Source of the DNA: Paraspadella gotoi
Lineage: Eukaryota > Animalia > Chaetognatha
Direction: 5' to 3'
NCBI GenBank assembly: GCA_051294375.1
Contig: CM119264.1
Span: 19,413,652-19,477,589 of the forward strand
DNA: 63,938 nt
The translations under genes were made by a program, and so were the position numbers. The first letter of the stretch is position 1; the number at the start of each line of letters is the position of its first letter. Shown piece by piece: positions 52,901 to 63,938 of the stretch. The notes beneath the pieces were generated by a model. The model had not been told where the DNA came from and made no database searches. It was given only the letters and a program-made list of their open reading frames with translations.

Positions 52901-53932
52901 ATTTTGTATGAATTCCTACCATATCCGGGGATTTTTACTGACCACTTCCTAAACTTTTTCTTATTTTCAATCTTTTTTTTCTCTCCCGTCGACCGCGAAC
53001 CGCGCCGAGTAAATTTTCCCTCGACGTTAATTTTTCCATATTTTCACACCTTGATAACGGGAACCTCGTTAGCGTTTTTAAATTTTCCCTCGAAAATGCA
53101 AGGAGTAAGCGAGGAAAAAAAATTGCATGCATGAATAAGTGATTAGGCGAAGTTAACCTGGAGAAGATTCATCAAGGAGCGATGTAGCTACTTAGTTTCA
53201 GAGACGGTCTGCCTCGCCACGTCCAGTGTGCAGGAAGGTAAGAGAGGACAATGCTGTCCCACATGCTATGTTAAGAGTTACTGTCTCAACTCTCTTTTTT
53301 TTTCGATCTTTTTTCTGATCCGCCAAAACTCTATCGGAAAAATAACCTGAAATTCACTCTGGTCAAAAAGGGATAATTTCTTGAAGCACAGTAGCAAAGC
53401 GAAAAATTGATGCTCACAACTTATTTACTTGGGTAAAATTATTTTTAATGATTTTTTGGATAGGTAACAGGCATATTTATAGGCTTATATTATCTAAGTT
53501 TTTTGACCACGCGCTACTTAATGTCGATGACTCGAGTCGGTTCTGATGTTTCGCACGAACGTCGATGGCTTCGCCGCTGAGTGAAAAGTTGAGAAGGAAG
53601 GGTAGGGAGAAGGCGGGAGAGAAAAATGGAGGGGGCGCTATAGGTGGCGTGAAAGGATTAGCGCTGACCACCGCCATCAGCACAATGATTTTCGACATTA
53701 AACGAAGCACCGCTTATGTAGAAAGGGGAGGGGGAACCGATGACTATTGGTCGCAACGCAATAATGGAAAAGAAAGGAAAGAGGGAAAGAAAAAAGAGAG
53801 AGAAAAAAAGGGAAAGGCAACGAAAATGATGGAATCGATGGAGAAACGCTCGTTCTTTCTCGGGAGAACGTTCTTCCAAATCGAATCGAGAAAGGAGGGA
53901 GAACGAGCCGCCTAAGCTGCCTCTTGTTTTTT

Positions 53933-53981
<49 letters not shown>

Positions 53982-55444
53982 GGTATGTTTTTCTCTGATG
54001 GCATTAAGCATTTTAATAATGAGATAAGAACGTTTAAGAATAATTCTGAAAAGAACACTCGACTTATCTTACATTATGGAATATATCATCGTCGTTCCTA
54101 AAGTATTTGCAAACTCCACTTTCTATGAGATGAATAATGAAAAACTACCGCGAAAGATTTATTAATTTTTGTAGTCTCAATGGCAGATATACTTCCACGA
54201 TCTCCCCTTAATAAAAATCATCATCATCAGTTAATTGGTATCATCAGGACGTTTGGCCAATTTTCTTGGCCAGTTTTTGGCCCAATATTTTCGCGGGCAT
54301 TTCTAACCCGTTTTAACGTTAGAGAGAATTTCCTGGGTTTCTTTAGTTTTAACTCATGACTAAACTCATAGAAATTTTGTTTTCGCCCGGGAAGAAACTC
54401 GATTTTACGAGTTTCTAATGGATAATATTATAAAGAAATAAAAATAAAACATTATTATAAACGACTTTTTCTTCATGATCTGTAAACTTATGTTAAATAG
54501 TTCGTACGGGCGAAACTCCATCTTCAAACGCTCGTCACCGCTTGGCATTAAAAAATAAAGCCATTTTTGTGAAACCAGCATAATCATCTCTTTTTTGTTC
54601 CTTTAATTTCTATCGAGTCTGAAACTGAGAGTTTTCTTTTTAAGGTTATCGAATCTCTGTCTCAGCTCGTTGAGCAAAAGGAAGAGCCTTTACAATTTAA
54701 AATGAACAAAAAAATCCCCACAACAAAAAATGGTGGTTGTTTTTCTTGTTTTACCTCGCTATTCGTTCTAATTAGAATATCGACGGATAACGAAGCCAAC
54801 TTTTTCTGATAAAAGTGATGTGAAATAAAAAAGTGTTTGTGATCGGAGAAAGCGACTGTTTTTGTTTTCTTTTTTTTCACGTTCAGGCTAAGGCAAGAAT
54901 GAAAATAAAATAAAAAAAAAATAAGAAAAATATTTCTTAATCTTAAATAAGAAAACGTTTGGACCACAATTTCGGAAAACGTCGATCGAAAAATTGTTAT
55001 CACTAAGTCTAGAATTGGGTTGAAAAAGCGAATTCGTTTTTTAAAACATAAATTCTGTCTGTTCTCTTTTATTGTTTATGTCGGACGTTGACTTTGCCGT
55101 CAACTTTGTCGTCGTTTGCAATTGCGTCGTCGCAGCAGTCATCGTCTTTGTCGTCGTCTTCGTTGTCGCAATAGTTGTCGTTTCATTAGTTGTTGTTATG
55201 CCGCCTTCGTCTTCGTTAGCGTCTCCGTCATATAAAAGATGGAAAACTAATTAAAAACGTCGACGAATTTTCATTCTCTCTCTCTCTCTCTGCTCATGTT
55301 GGCTCGCTCTTTCTTTCTTTGTTTCTTTATTTCTTTCGCTCACTTCTGTGTCTCGTCTTCTTCTGAAGATTATCTACTTATGAGGAACTTGCTTTCCTAA
55401 CGCAACTTTTGTTGAAATTAATCACGAGAAAGATGTGGGAGACG

Positions 55445-55497
<53 letters not shown>

Positions 55498-55510
55498 GAG
55501 AGAGAGACAG

Positions 55511-55549
<39 letters not shown>

Positions 55550-56829
55550 AGAGAGAGAGAGAGAGAAGATGGAGATTGACTCTAACGACAAAGACGACGA
55601 CTATGTTTTCGAAGATTTTTTTTTCAATTATTAAAAAAAAAGAATATAAAAAATACTTGCTTCTTCTTTATGTTTACTTTTTTTATCATAATAAACATGA
55701 AATTTTTTTTTTAGATTTTCTTCGCTTTTTCGTCGTCGAGCTCGTACACGGACATCAACGTTGACTTAAATAAAAATACGTACGTCTCTCGCCAGTTAGA
55801 AAATCTACAACATTTTCTGCAGCCTTGCTTTCAAAATGTCGATAGCCATTCTTATTCTTTCCGTGATTGCCCCGGTTCGATTCACCCTCAACCTCCTAAC
55901 AGACAAACTGTATTCAGTCAGATTCAACAACCGCTACTCGATTCGCCCCTTCGCCTCAAACGCCGCCGCGCCGCCGACTTAGACGACGAATTATTCGGCG
56001 TCGTTTCTCCTGCCAGGTGGCGCCGTTCTCTTGGAAAAGAGATGTAGGTGAGCAGAGTGAGGCGCAGGGCGAAGGTGTCGTCCGAAAAGGAAGGAAGGGG
56101 GAGGAAAGCGGTCGAGGCCAGAGTTGAACGAGGAGGAAAAAAAAGAAAACAATCTGTCAATTGGTTTAACGACGAAGAAAGTCGCCTCGACCAAAAAAGA
56201 AAAGGGAATTAGGATGAATGTTCTACTGATTTTGCTGAGAGGCCAAGACAGCCCAAGTCAATTTTTTTTTTAAAACTCAATGCAATAGTTAAAAATTTTT
56301 AAACGTTAGTAATAATAAATAATACAAAATAAACATATGTATTTAGAAGGAAATAGTATAATATGATAGTAAAATAATCAGGTAAAACTGTCAACTCATA
56401 TCAAGCGAAAATAAGACTAAATTAAATTCAGGAGTGCCGAAAGAAGAGAAAGAAAATGTCGAATGAGTCATAATGGTTAACAAGATAACAGGAAAAAAGC
56501 AGACGAAGTGAGAGGGAAAAACAGATACACGGCTCTGTACTCTCTCTGCTCTCACACAGACTCCACTTCAGTCCGTATTTAATTTTCGATTGACCTCCCA
56601 CTCGCCCTCTCATTTTAGTATTTCACGTCATTTTCGCACTTTAAGGCGGCTTCGCACTTTTGGTCGGCTTCATATTCCCGTTCGCCTCACTCCCTCTCTC
56701 TGTCAGCCTTGACGCCGCGGTCGGACTCCATCGTCTGACAAACTGACGCTGTTCGTCGTTAAGTGATTTCGAAAAAAGGGTTCGTCGCCACTTTTATGAG
56801 AATGACAAAGAATCTCCGCGTTGGTGGGG

Positions 56830-56862
<33 letters not shown>

Positions 56863-57696
56863 GCGAAAAGAAAGAAGAGAGAGATGAGAAAAAAGAAGAG
56901 AGAAACACGCGCGTTAGATTGCCTTGGCAATAATGGAAGTTTTCGGAAAACTGATACGAATGGCAGCCTCCCTCTGACACGGGAAAGGAAGAGGCGAAAA
57001 CGAGCAGCGCACGAGGGAACGGAGAAAAGAAAACAGTAAACAAAAGGACTCGTTTCAAACGGACGAGCGCCAAATATCGACCCTGTGATACAGAGCCGGA
57101 AACGGACCAGCGTTACTAATTTCGGATGCCTCAGTTGTACCGGGAATAACGATGCTGCTAAATGATTTTTTATTAGCTGTTTAATGTTTTTCGAGGAAAA
57201 AAAAAATTTAAAGCGAGGCCGAGGCCGAGTTAAATCGAGAGAGGAGAAAAAAGATATTATATATTCTAATTATGCTCTGAAATACTTTTTGCAACTGGAG
57301 CGAGCCAACAGTGATCTGGTGGCCTAGGTATTGAACGTCTTCTCCGGAAATTGGTTGGACCGTATCTTTATGCATTTAACGCGAGCTCGTGCAAATAACG
57401 TGTTTACAAAAAGATTAATTTTTGCCAAACGTGATTAGAAAATGCGAGGAAAAATATTTTGTTTCTCGAGTGTTAAAAATGTATCAATTGTTTTAGGGAA
57501 TGAAAATAGCTTTAAGCGATTATCTGCCACGCGCAAATATATGTTAAAGAAAAGTTAAGTAATTGGTTCGAAGCCAACGCTTTAGCTGAGCCAAGCAAAC
57601 GTCGCGTTTTTTTCTGGCAAAAAACATTAATACTTATGTGGCTTAATGAGAGAGAATCGGCTGGCTAAAATTTGCATCGTCACTCAATCACTCGAG

Positions 57697-57752
<56 letters not shown>

Positions 57753-58580
57753 TCGCAATTCGAGACTAGTTTTAAATAAAATAAAAGATTCTCGCCATCG
57801 AAGATGAATAACATACAATTAGTTAACAAAAACGAGCAAATTCTTATCACCGTCTTTCTCGTGTTTAGTTTAAAGCGTACTGAGTAGTGAGCATCATAAG
57901 CAGATTCCTTGCAGATGCCATTTTATCATAAAAAAAAATTAAAGAAGCTGCATCGTCATACTTTTGTGTAGATTAATTTAAATTTTATATCTTTTGATGC
58001 ATCCAATTACTTTCGACATGCAACTAATTAATGTAGAGATACAGAATACAGAATCCAGTTAAGACAATAGTTATGTTAAGGTAGAACAATAAAAAAGCAG
58101 CGAAAATTTCGATGTTTCAGACTAGTTTGTTAGCTCCCGGCTACAACGAAGTTTGAAAACGATACCCAAATATTTCGGTGGGGAAAAAAATCTAAGAGGA
58201 ACGATCGATTTTTGGAGGAAAAAAAAACGATACGGCTGAAAAACATAGAGACGGAAGTATAGAGAGAAAATCCAATGCTAGCGGTTGTAAAACTACGTAC
58301 GTATCGTCAGAAGAGGTGACAAAATTGGGCGCGAAGGTATAATAAGGGATGAGCTCTACATTTTGTCATAAATAAATATCACCCGAGTTGTTTTTTTTAA
58401 ATTATAGTTTAGTTTGCTCTACAAATTCATTTGCCCCTTATCTTTTTTTTCTTTTTGAACTGGCAGGGGAAAAAAGAAAAAAATTGATGAAGATTCGGTT
58501 GGTCCGTGTAGGTGAAGGGCTGTAGAACCTTTGAGCAGAGAAAGGGAGGTCGCCCAAGTTTCGTAAAAGGGAAGGGAGAG

Positions 58581-58642
58581 GAGGCGAGGCGGCGAGGCGG
58601 AAAGGCGGCAAGGCGGCGAGGCGGCAAGGCGGCAAGGCGGCG
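58581..58642. repeat. 8-bp tandem repeat (GGCGGCAA/GGCGGCGA)
   Basis: About 7 copies. Confidence 0.85.
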
Positions 58643-58879
58643 TGACGCAAAGGTTGAAAGGGAATCGCAGATTGATGGGCGGAGGGTCAGAGGAATATGA
58701 GTCCAACGTCGCAGCGCGCCAACTCCTTGGTCAACTTCTCTTGGCTCAACTTTTATTTGTTTTGGCGGCTTCGGTTTTTTTTGAGAAAAGCACTCATTGC
58801 CATTGGTAAAAAGATGGTTGGTCAAAAAATGCGATCTTACTCGTTAAAATAACAATAACAATGGATACGAAAAGAGAAA

Positions 58880-58985
<106 letters not shown>

Positions 58986-60100
58986 TGCAAAGAAAACAAA
59001 AGCTGCCATAACCCTTGAAAATGACTAGGATTCATTGGAGACTTTCGCGTGGAAAAACAAAATAAAGAAAAAAACACACACAAAAAATAAATATTCAGCG
59101 ACGAATAATTCATCGGTACCGACCGATCCCCGCCCACGCGCCCAACACTCTTTAAACGCCATCTGCGGCGAAACAACGAATATTGATTCAGCGTCTCAAT
59201 TAATTTTCTTTTTCTGCGGCCTACGGCATTTGTTACGGCGAAACAGATTAGAGATTGACGTCTACAAAAATATATGCCGCTCACGATGGTTCTCTTTCAT
59301 TTATTTATTTATTTATTTATTTATCTATTTTGTAGCGGTAGTATTTCATACCATAGCGCCATAGGTGCCATAGGACGAGTAACGGGGTATGAAATACTTA
59401 TTTATTTATTTATACATATCTTCCATTTTTTAATATATGTTTTTGTTTATTTCTTAATTATCTGCCTTTATCTTTCTTTTTTTATGCTCTCCTTTTATTT
59501 ATTAGTCATTTATTTTCTTTCTCTCTTTATATTTCTTTCTTTCTAGTTGCTTTCATTTTTGTTTTTCTTTACTTTTAGTCTTTCTTCTTTCGGTCTTGCT
59601 CTTGGTAGAAATATGCGAGGGAAAGAAATGAAGATTGATGGTTTTCCCATGCTTCTGATTTTCGCTTCTTTCTCTTCTCTTCTCTTCTCTTCTCTTCTCT
59701 TCTCTTCTTTCTCTCCTTCTTTTCTCTTCTCTTCTCTTCTCTTCTCTTTCTCTTCTCTTTCTTCTCTTCTTTCTCTTCTCGTCTGTAGTTTCCTTTTTCT
59801 TCTCTTAGTTCTTTATTTATTTTTTTAAATTTTTTTTCTTCTTTATTCTAGTCTTAGCCGTTTTTCTTATTTGGATGCGACGAGGATAAAGGTGATGATG
59901 ATGATGTTTCACCCTGCCCGTCATTATAGCTCTCTCTGACTCCTTGTATTTGTTTTTTATATTTTTTTTCATGAGTAAATTGTCTTTATTTCTTTCCTTC
60001 TTTTCTTTCTTCAATGCTGATTACTTCCCTTCTCTCTGCTCTCCTCTCTCCACTGCTGCTGCTCGTCCTCTCTCTCTCCTCTCTCTTCTTCCCCCCCTCG

Positions 60101-60133
<33 letters not shown>

Positions 60134-60517
60134 CTCTCTCTCTTCTCCCTCTCTCTCTATTATCTAGTTATCTATACATCTATCTGTCTTTCTCGTTCTG
60201 TCTATATCTCTCTCTCTACGCTCTAAAGGAACAACCATATTCTAACTCCACGGTTATTTTCTGCGTGATTTTCCGCTCGTTATTTGTCGTATATATCTTT
60301 ACCTAATGTTCTTTAAATATCGAATTAAAAGAAAAAGTGTTTTTTATTCTAAGAAAACGACCTTGAAAACGAAAAATGTTTTTAGTTAAAAGATTGAAAA
60401 GAAAAAGGGCAAAAAAAATGTTTATTTTCGGGAGAGGAAAGAATTGATGCATGAAAACTGGAGGAAGAGAAAAAAGTTGAAAAATGGAAGCTTAACGGCG
60501 CTGAAGGAAACGGAATC

Positions 60518-60619
<102 letters not shown>

Positions 60620-62315
60620 ATTTATCTCATACACACACAAACGCAACCACACATACGGCTGTCGCCGTTTTTTTATATTTTATTCTTCTATTACTTTTTA
60701 GTCACAACATTTTTTTTCATGATTTTTTCTATATTTTTCTTCTCTCCCAAGTCTCCAATGAGGAAGAGAAAAAGAAAAAAAAAGATTTAGTCATCGAGAG
60801 TTAAAAAAAAACGGGATCTCATCTTCGTGATAAATTGTGACCATATCATGTCTCTGCTGCCCAACATTTCACACCAAGAAAGACCAGAATCGGAATGGAG
60901 AGTGTGAGAAAGACTGTCGGGCGAAAGAGAGAAGGAAGAGTAAAAAAGAAAGAAAAAAGGGAAAAAAATGACAGACATACAAACAAATAGGCAGATCGAA
61001 AGACTAGGCCAAAGGCAGTTAAATACGTGTTTTGCAATAGGATTTACGGAACGAGGGCCGCAGATGGCAGCCATAAAGCGCCAATCTGTGAATTAGATTA
61101 CCTGAAGTTTAGCGCATAAAACATCTCGTTCTGCATAAATTGCGGTAATTAGCGCGATTCATTTCTTAGGCGAATTCTCTGCAAATCTCAATCTCTTTTC
61201 GCTCACGTGATGTTTTTGTCGTTTTCGTCGTCGTCATCGCTGACGTCGTGTCCTGCGGCTCAGAGAACAAAATTTGACTTCAAAAGGTAAAATATTCACG
61301 GGTTTTTGAGCCTTTGGAACAAAATTTTGCTTCCTGCATCGAATCCTTCATTTCTTTTTTCACCCGAAACTATTGAATTTTAATGGAAGAATCGAAGTTT
61401 CATTTCACAACAATTCCTTTTTTTTTAAACCACCTTCGTTTTTCTTTCCTGTCCTATTATTTAACCAGGAATATAAATTAATAGTGAACGCCTTTCATTT
61501 TTATTTCCCTCGCAGTAAAATTCACGGGAATTTTCGAGGTGGCGAGAGAATCGCGTTTACGATTCTTTGGTGAAATATTCACGAATCGTGAATTTCTTTT
61601 CCATCGCCGCCATTAATCTTTCTTCGAGTCGAACAAAATGTTTTCCTCGGATTCTTCTTCGTGAATTATTCATCTTTTTTTTTACATTTTTAAATCTCAA
61701 TCATTAATTAATGAAGATTCGCCGGGATTGTCTTTATATCCCGCCATCGGGTTGAAGGAAAGATGAAAAATGTCTTAGATTCACAGATTCATTCAAAGAG
61801 TGGATTTATTATTTAGGCAGGATCGTAAAGAAATTATTTCACGGTTAAACCAATTACGCGCTCGAAACTGATGAGCAAAGTTCGCCTCTATTATTTCCCT
61901 ACACGACTGAGTGTGCGTAGAGTCTTGAAGGATTTCTCTCTCTTCTTATCTCGACGAAGGATGGAAGGAAAGCGTCATTCCAACGCAGCAGCCGAAACCC
62001 GAAAGCGAAATAACGAGCCGCTCGGAACCGACTTTGTGTCGCTTCAATGACCCCACAGACCTTCCAGCCCGGCCGCGATTCCATTAAACTATTAGGCTGT
62101 ACCAAAAAGCTACAATTTTTGCTAACGACTACATCAAGAAAATTACATATATGTATGTTCCTGAAGACAAGATTTACATTGTGAGAAAAACTCACTGACT
62201 GACTGACATTGTTTTCATATATCTTTTATTAATAATATTATTCTTAACAGAGAAAAAAAAACTGTTGACATTTGGAACGCCTACCGAGACCCCCATTCCC
62301 CTCTTTCGATCTCAC

Positions 62316-62510
62316 CTGATGACGTTGCCGCACTTGTAAATGCCGGCGTCGTCATAGTCCACGTTCTTAATCTGCAGGACGTAATGATGCAGCCCCTGGC
62401 GCCAAAAGTTGAACTTTGACCTGTCGACGGTCCTGTCGAAGGCGTCGTCGCCCAACGAGATGAACTTTTCGAAGAGGATCCCCGACAGCTTGATCCACAC
62501 CGGAGGTCGC
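62316..62510 (-). CDS. Exon A of a multi-Ig-domain protein gene: most of a V-type Ig domain (RPPVWIKLSG...HYVLQIKNVDYDDAGIYKCGNVI)
   Basis: Acceptor tttccag| and donor |gtgag. The exon is 195 bp, phase 2-2 and open. It carries the Ig C-strand Trp and the L-x-I-x-x-V-x-x-x-D-x-G-x-Y-x-C signature. Upstream exons (signal peptide, first Cys) were not identified in this window. Confidence 0.92.
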
Positions 62511-63844
62511 CTGGAAACGTTTGAGAGGGGATGGAACGATCAGTGTGGAAAGAGTCAGGTTTTGTCCGATGGGCTGTGGCAATGTGGTATGAAGGTATGT
62601 ATCGATATTTGGCTCGGTTTTTTTAGTAAATCCAGATACCACAACCATACGACAGGTCTTCGCAAACTACTATTTTGTTGCATAATAACTTTTTCTCTTT
62701 TCAGTATAAGTTTCAGTTTATAACTGGAATTGACTTGGATGACGAATTGCGTCGAAATGGCGAAGGCGATGGGCTGATGGGGAGACCCAAGGCGTTGGGT
62801 TTAAAGAGTATAAAGAAAGAATAATAAATGAGGTTAAAAGGTGATGAAATGGGGGATAAAAGGAAGATATATAACTTTAAGGAAGTAGAGCGCTAAAAAA
62901 ATTAGGAGAAAAAAAGAATCGTATGATAAAGAAAGGAGGAAAAAAGAAAAATGACAAAGTGAGGGGAATGAGTTAATTGGTAGAATTATCACAGAGTAAA
63001 GTGAATTATAAATTGTAAACTAATGAACACCCACCATTCGATGAAAAATCGATGCGATATCGTCTTCAACTCTTCAGCAGAATTTTACAAAAACAGACGG
63101 TCTCTCAATGCAACGTGAACATCAACATTTTTTTTTCGTTTTGATTTTTATTTGTATTTACTATTTTTTGAAATTTTTTTAAACATACTTATGTTTTCCT
63201 TAGGTCTTCACGCTTCACGTTAAAAAAGTAATTTCTCTTTTAGTTTCGCGTCGACGACTTTATTTCATAATGAGAAAACATTATCGCGTCTTATATTACT
63301 CTCCATTTTTGCAGTATAAGAGTTTGATACGAGATTGATTGAGAATAATGACGAAAATCCCAGAAAAAAAGATCAAGTTGAAAGAAAATCTTCGCGTTTT
63401 TTCGTCGTCTTTTCTCTTTTTTTTTCCACCTCCCTTTTTTCCTTTCTCAAAGTTTCAAGAAAAAGAATCAGATATTATCTTTTGAGAAAAAGATATTTTC
63501 ACGACCTAAATTTTTTAAAATATTGTTTACGAAGCATGAATTTAAAGACGAATAAACTTCTCTAACTCCATATTACAATTTTTCATTGACTCTCTCTTTC
63601 CTCAACCCTGACGCCTAATTCCTTTTCGCTCTCCTGGCGGCCGTTTTTGCAGTCTGTTAGATTTCCCACCAGATTTGGTTTTAACCAGTGGTTTTACCAT
63701 GAGACTTGTTCCGAGCGTTCCAAATGTTGACCTTTCTCTCTTTCTTTTCATTTTCATCTTAAGGTTAAACGTGATTTTTGATCGTTCTTCATTTTGTTTC
63801 TCTTCTGTCTTCAACTAGTTTCTCTCACTCCAAATCTCTCTCCT

Positions 63845-63889
<45 letters not shown>

Positions 63890-63938
63890 CTCTTCTCTCT
63901 CTCTCTCTCTCTCTGTACTACTTTCGTATACCTCTTTT

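Noticed and set aside
57300-57370. tRNA/SINE A-box-like GGTGGCCTAGG
   Set aside because: No B-box or cloverleaf.
61207-61252. 46-nt - strand candidate exon (cag|GACACG...ATCAC|gtgag)
   Set aside because: It would shift the frame between exons A and B, which already join cleanly, and it has a stop in the required phase.
61899-62195. 98-aa - strand ORF just downstream of exon A
   Set aside because: There is a stop in the phase required after exon A, the donor is weak, and no motif is recognisable.

Overview
This is an AT-rich, microsatellite-dense stretch of a draft animal (invertebrate-like) genome with several N gaps. It is not prokaryotic, and most of the ORF track is low-complexity noise. 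(1) The main gene is a large multi-exon gene on the - strand that enters from beyond the right edge. It encodes a divergent multi-immunoglobulin-domain protein (V-type domain, then a CD80/C2-type domain, then further Ig-like domains). Reading GT-AG sites and codon phases by eye gives exons at 62316-62510, 43886-43973, 40100-40260, 36296-36461, 32966-33079, 32646-32738, 23261-23950, ~22016-gap and 20550-20673. (2) A giant inverted duplication (arms ~10137-19128 and ~19390-27737, 261-bp spacer) mirrors the 3' exons of that gene. The arms differ mainly by small indels and the left arm starts at an exactly 25-N gap, so a long-read gap-filling or fold-back artefact is more likely than a real palindrome. 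The mirror copy does expose exon sequence hidden in gaps of the native arm. (3) Three - strand exons at 8329-9550 encode a charged helical segment with a stathmin-like motif, facing a possible acidic + strand terminal exon at 7432-7782. (4) Mobile elements include Helentron-associated (DINE-1/HINE-like) non-autonomous elements, an inverted cluster of their ~190-bp internal repeats, a Penelope-like inverted-end insertion with a 13-bp target-site duplication, a repeat family sitting at the palindrome centre, and degenerate TTAGGG repeats. No rRNA, tRNA or CRISPR array was recognised, and I cannot confidently claim a wholly new biological system. All calls were made by eye with no database searches.
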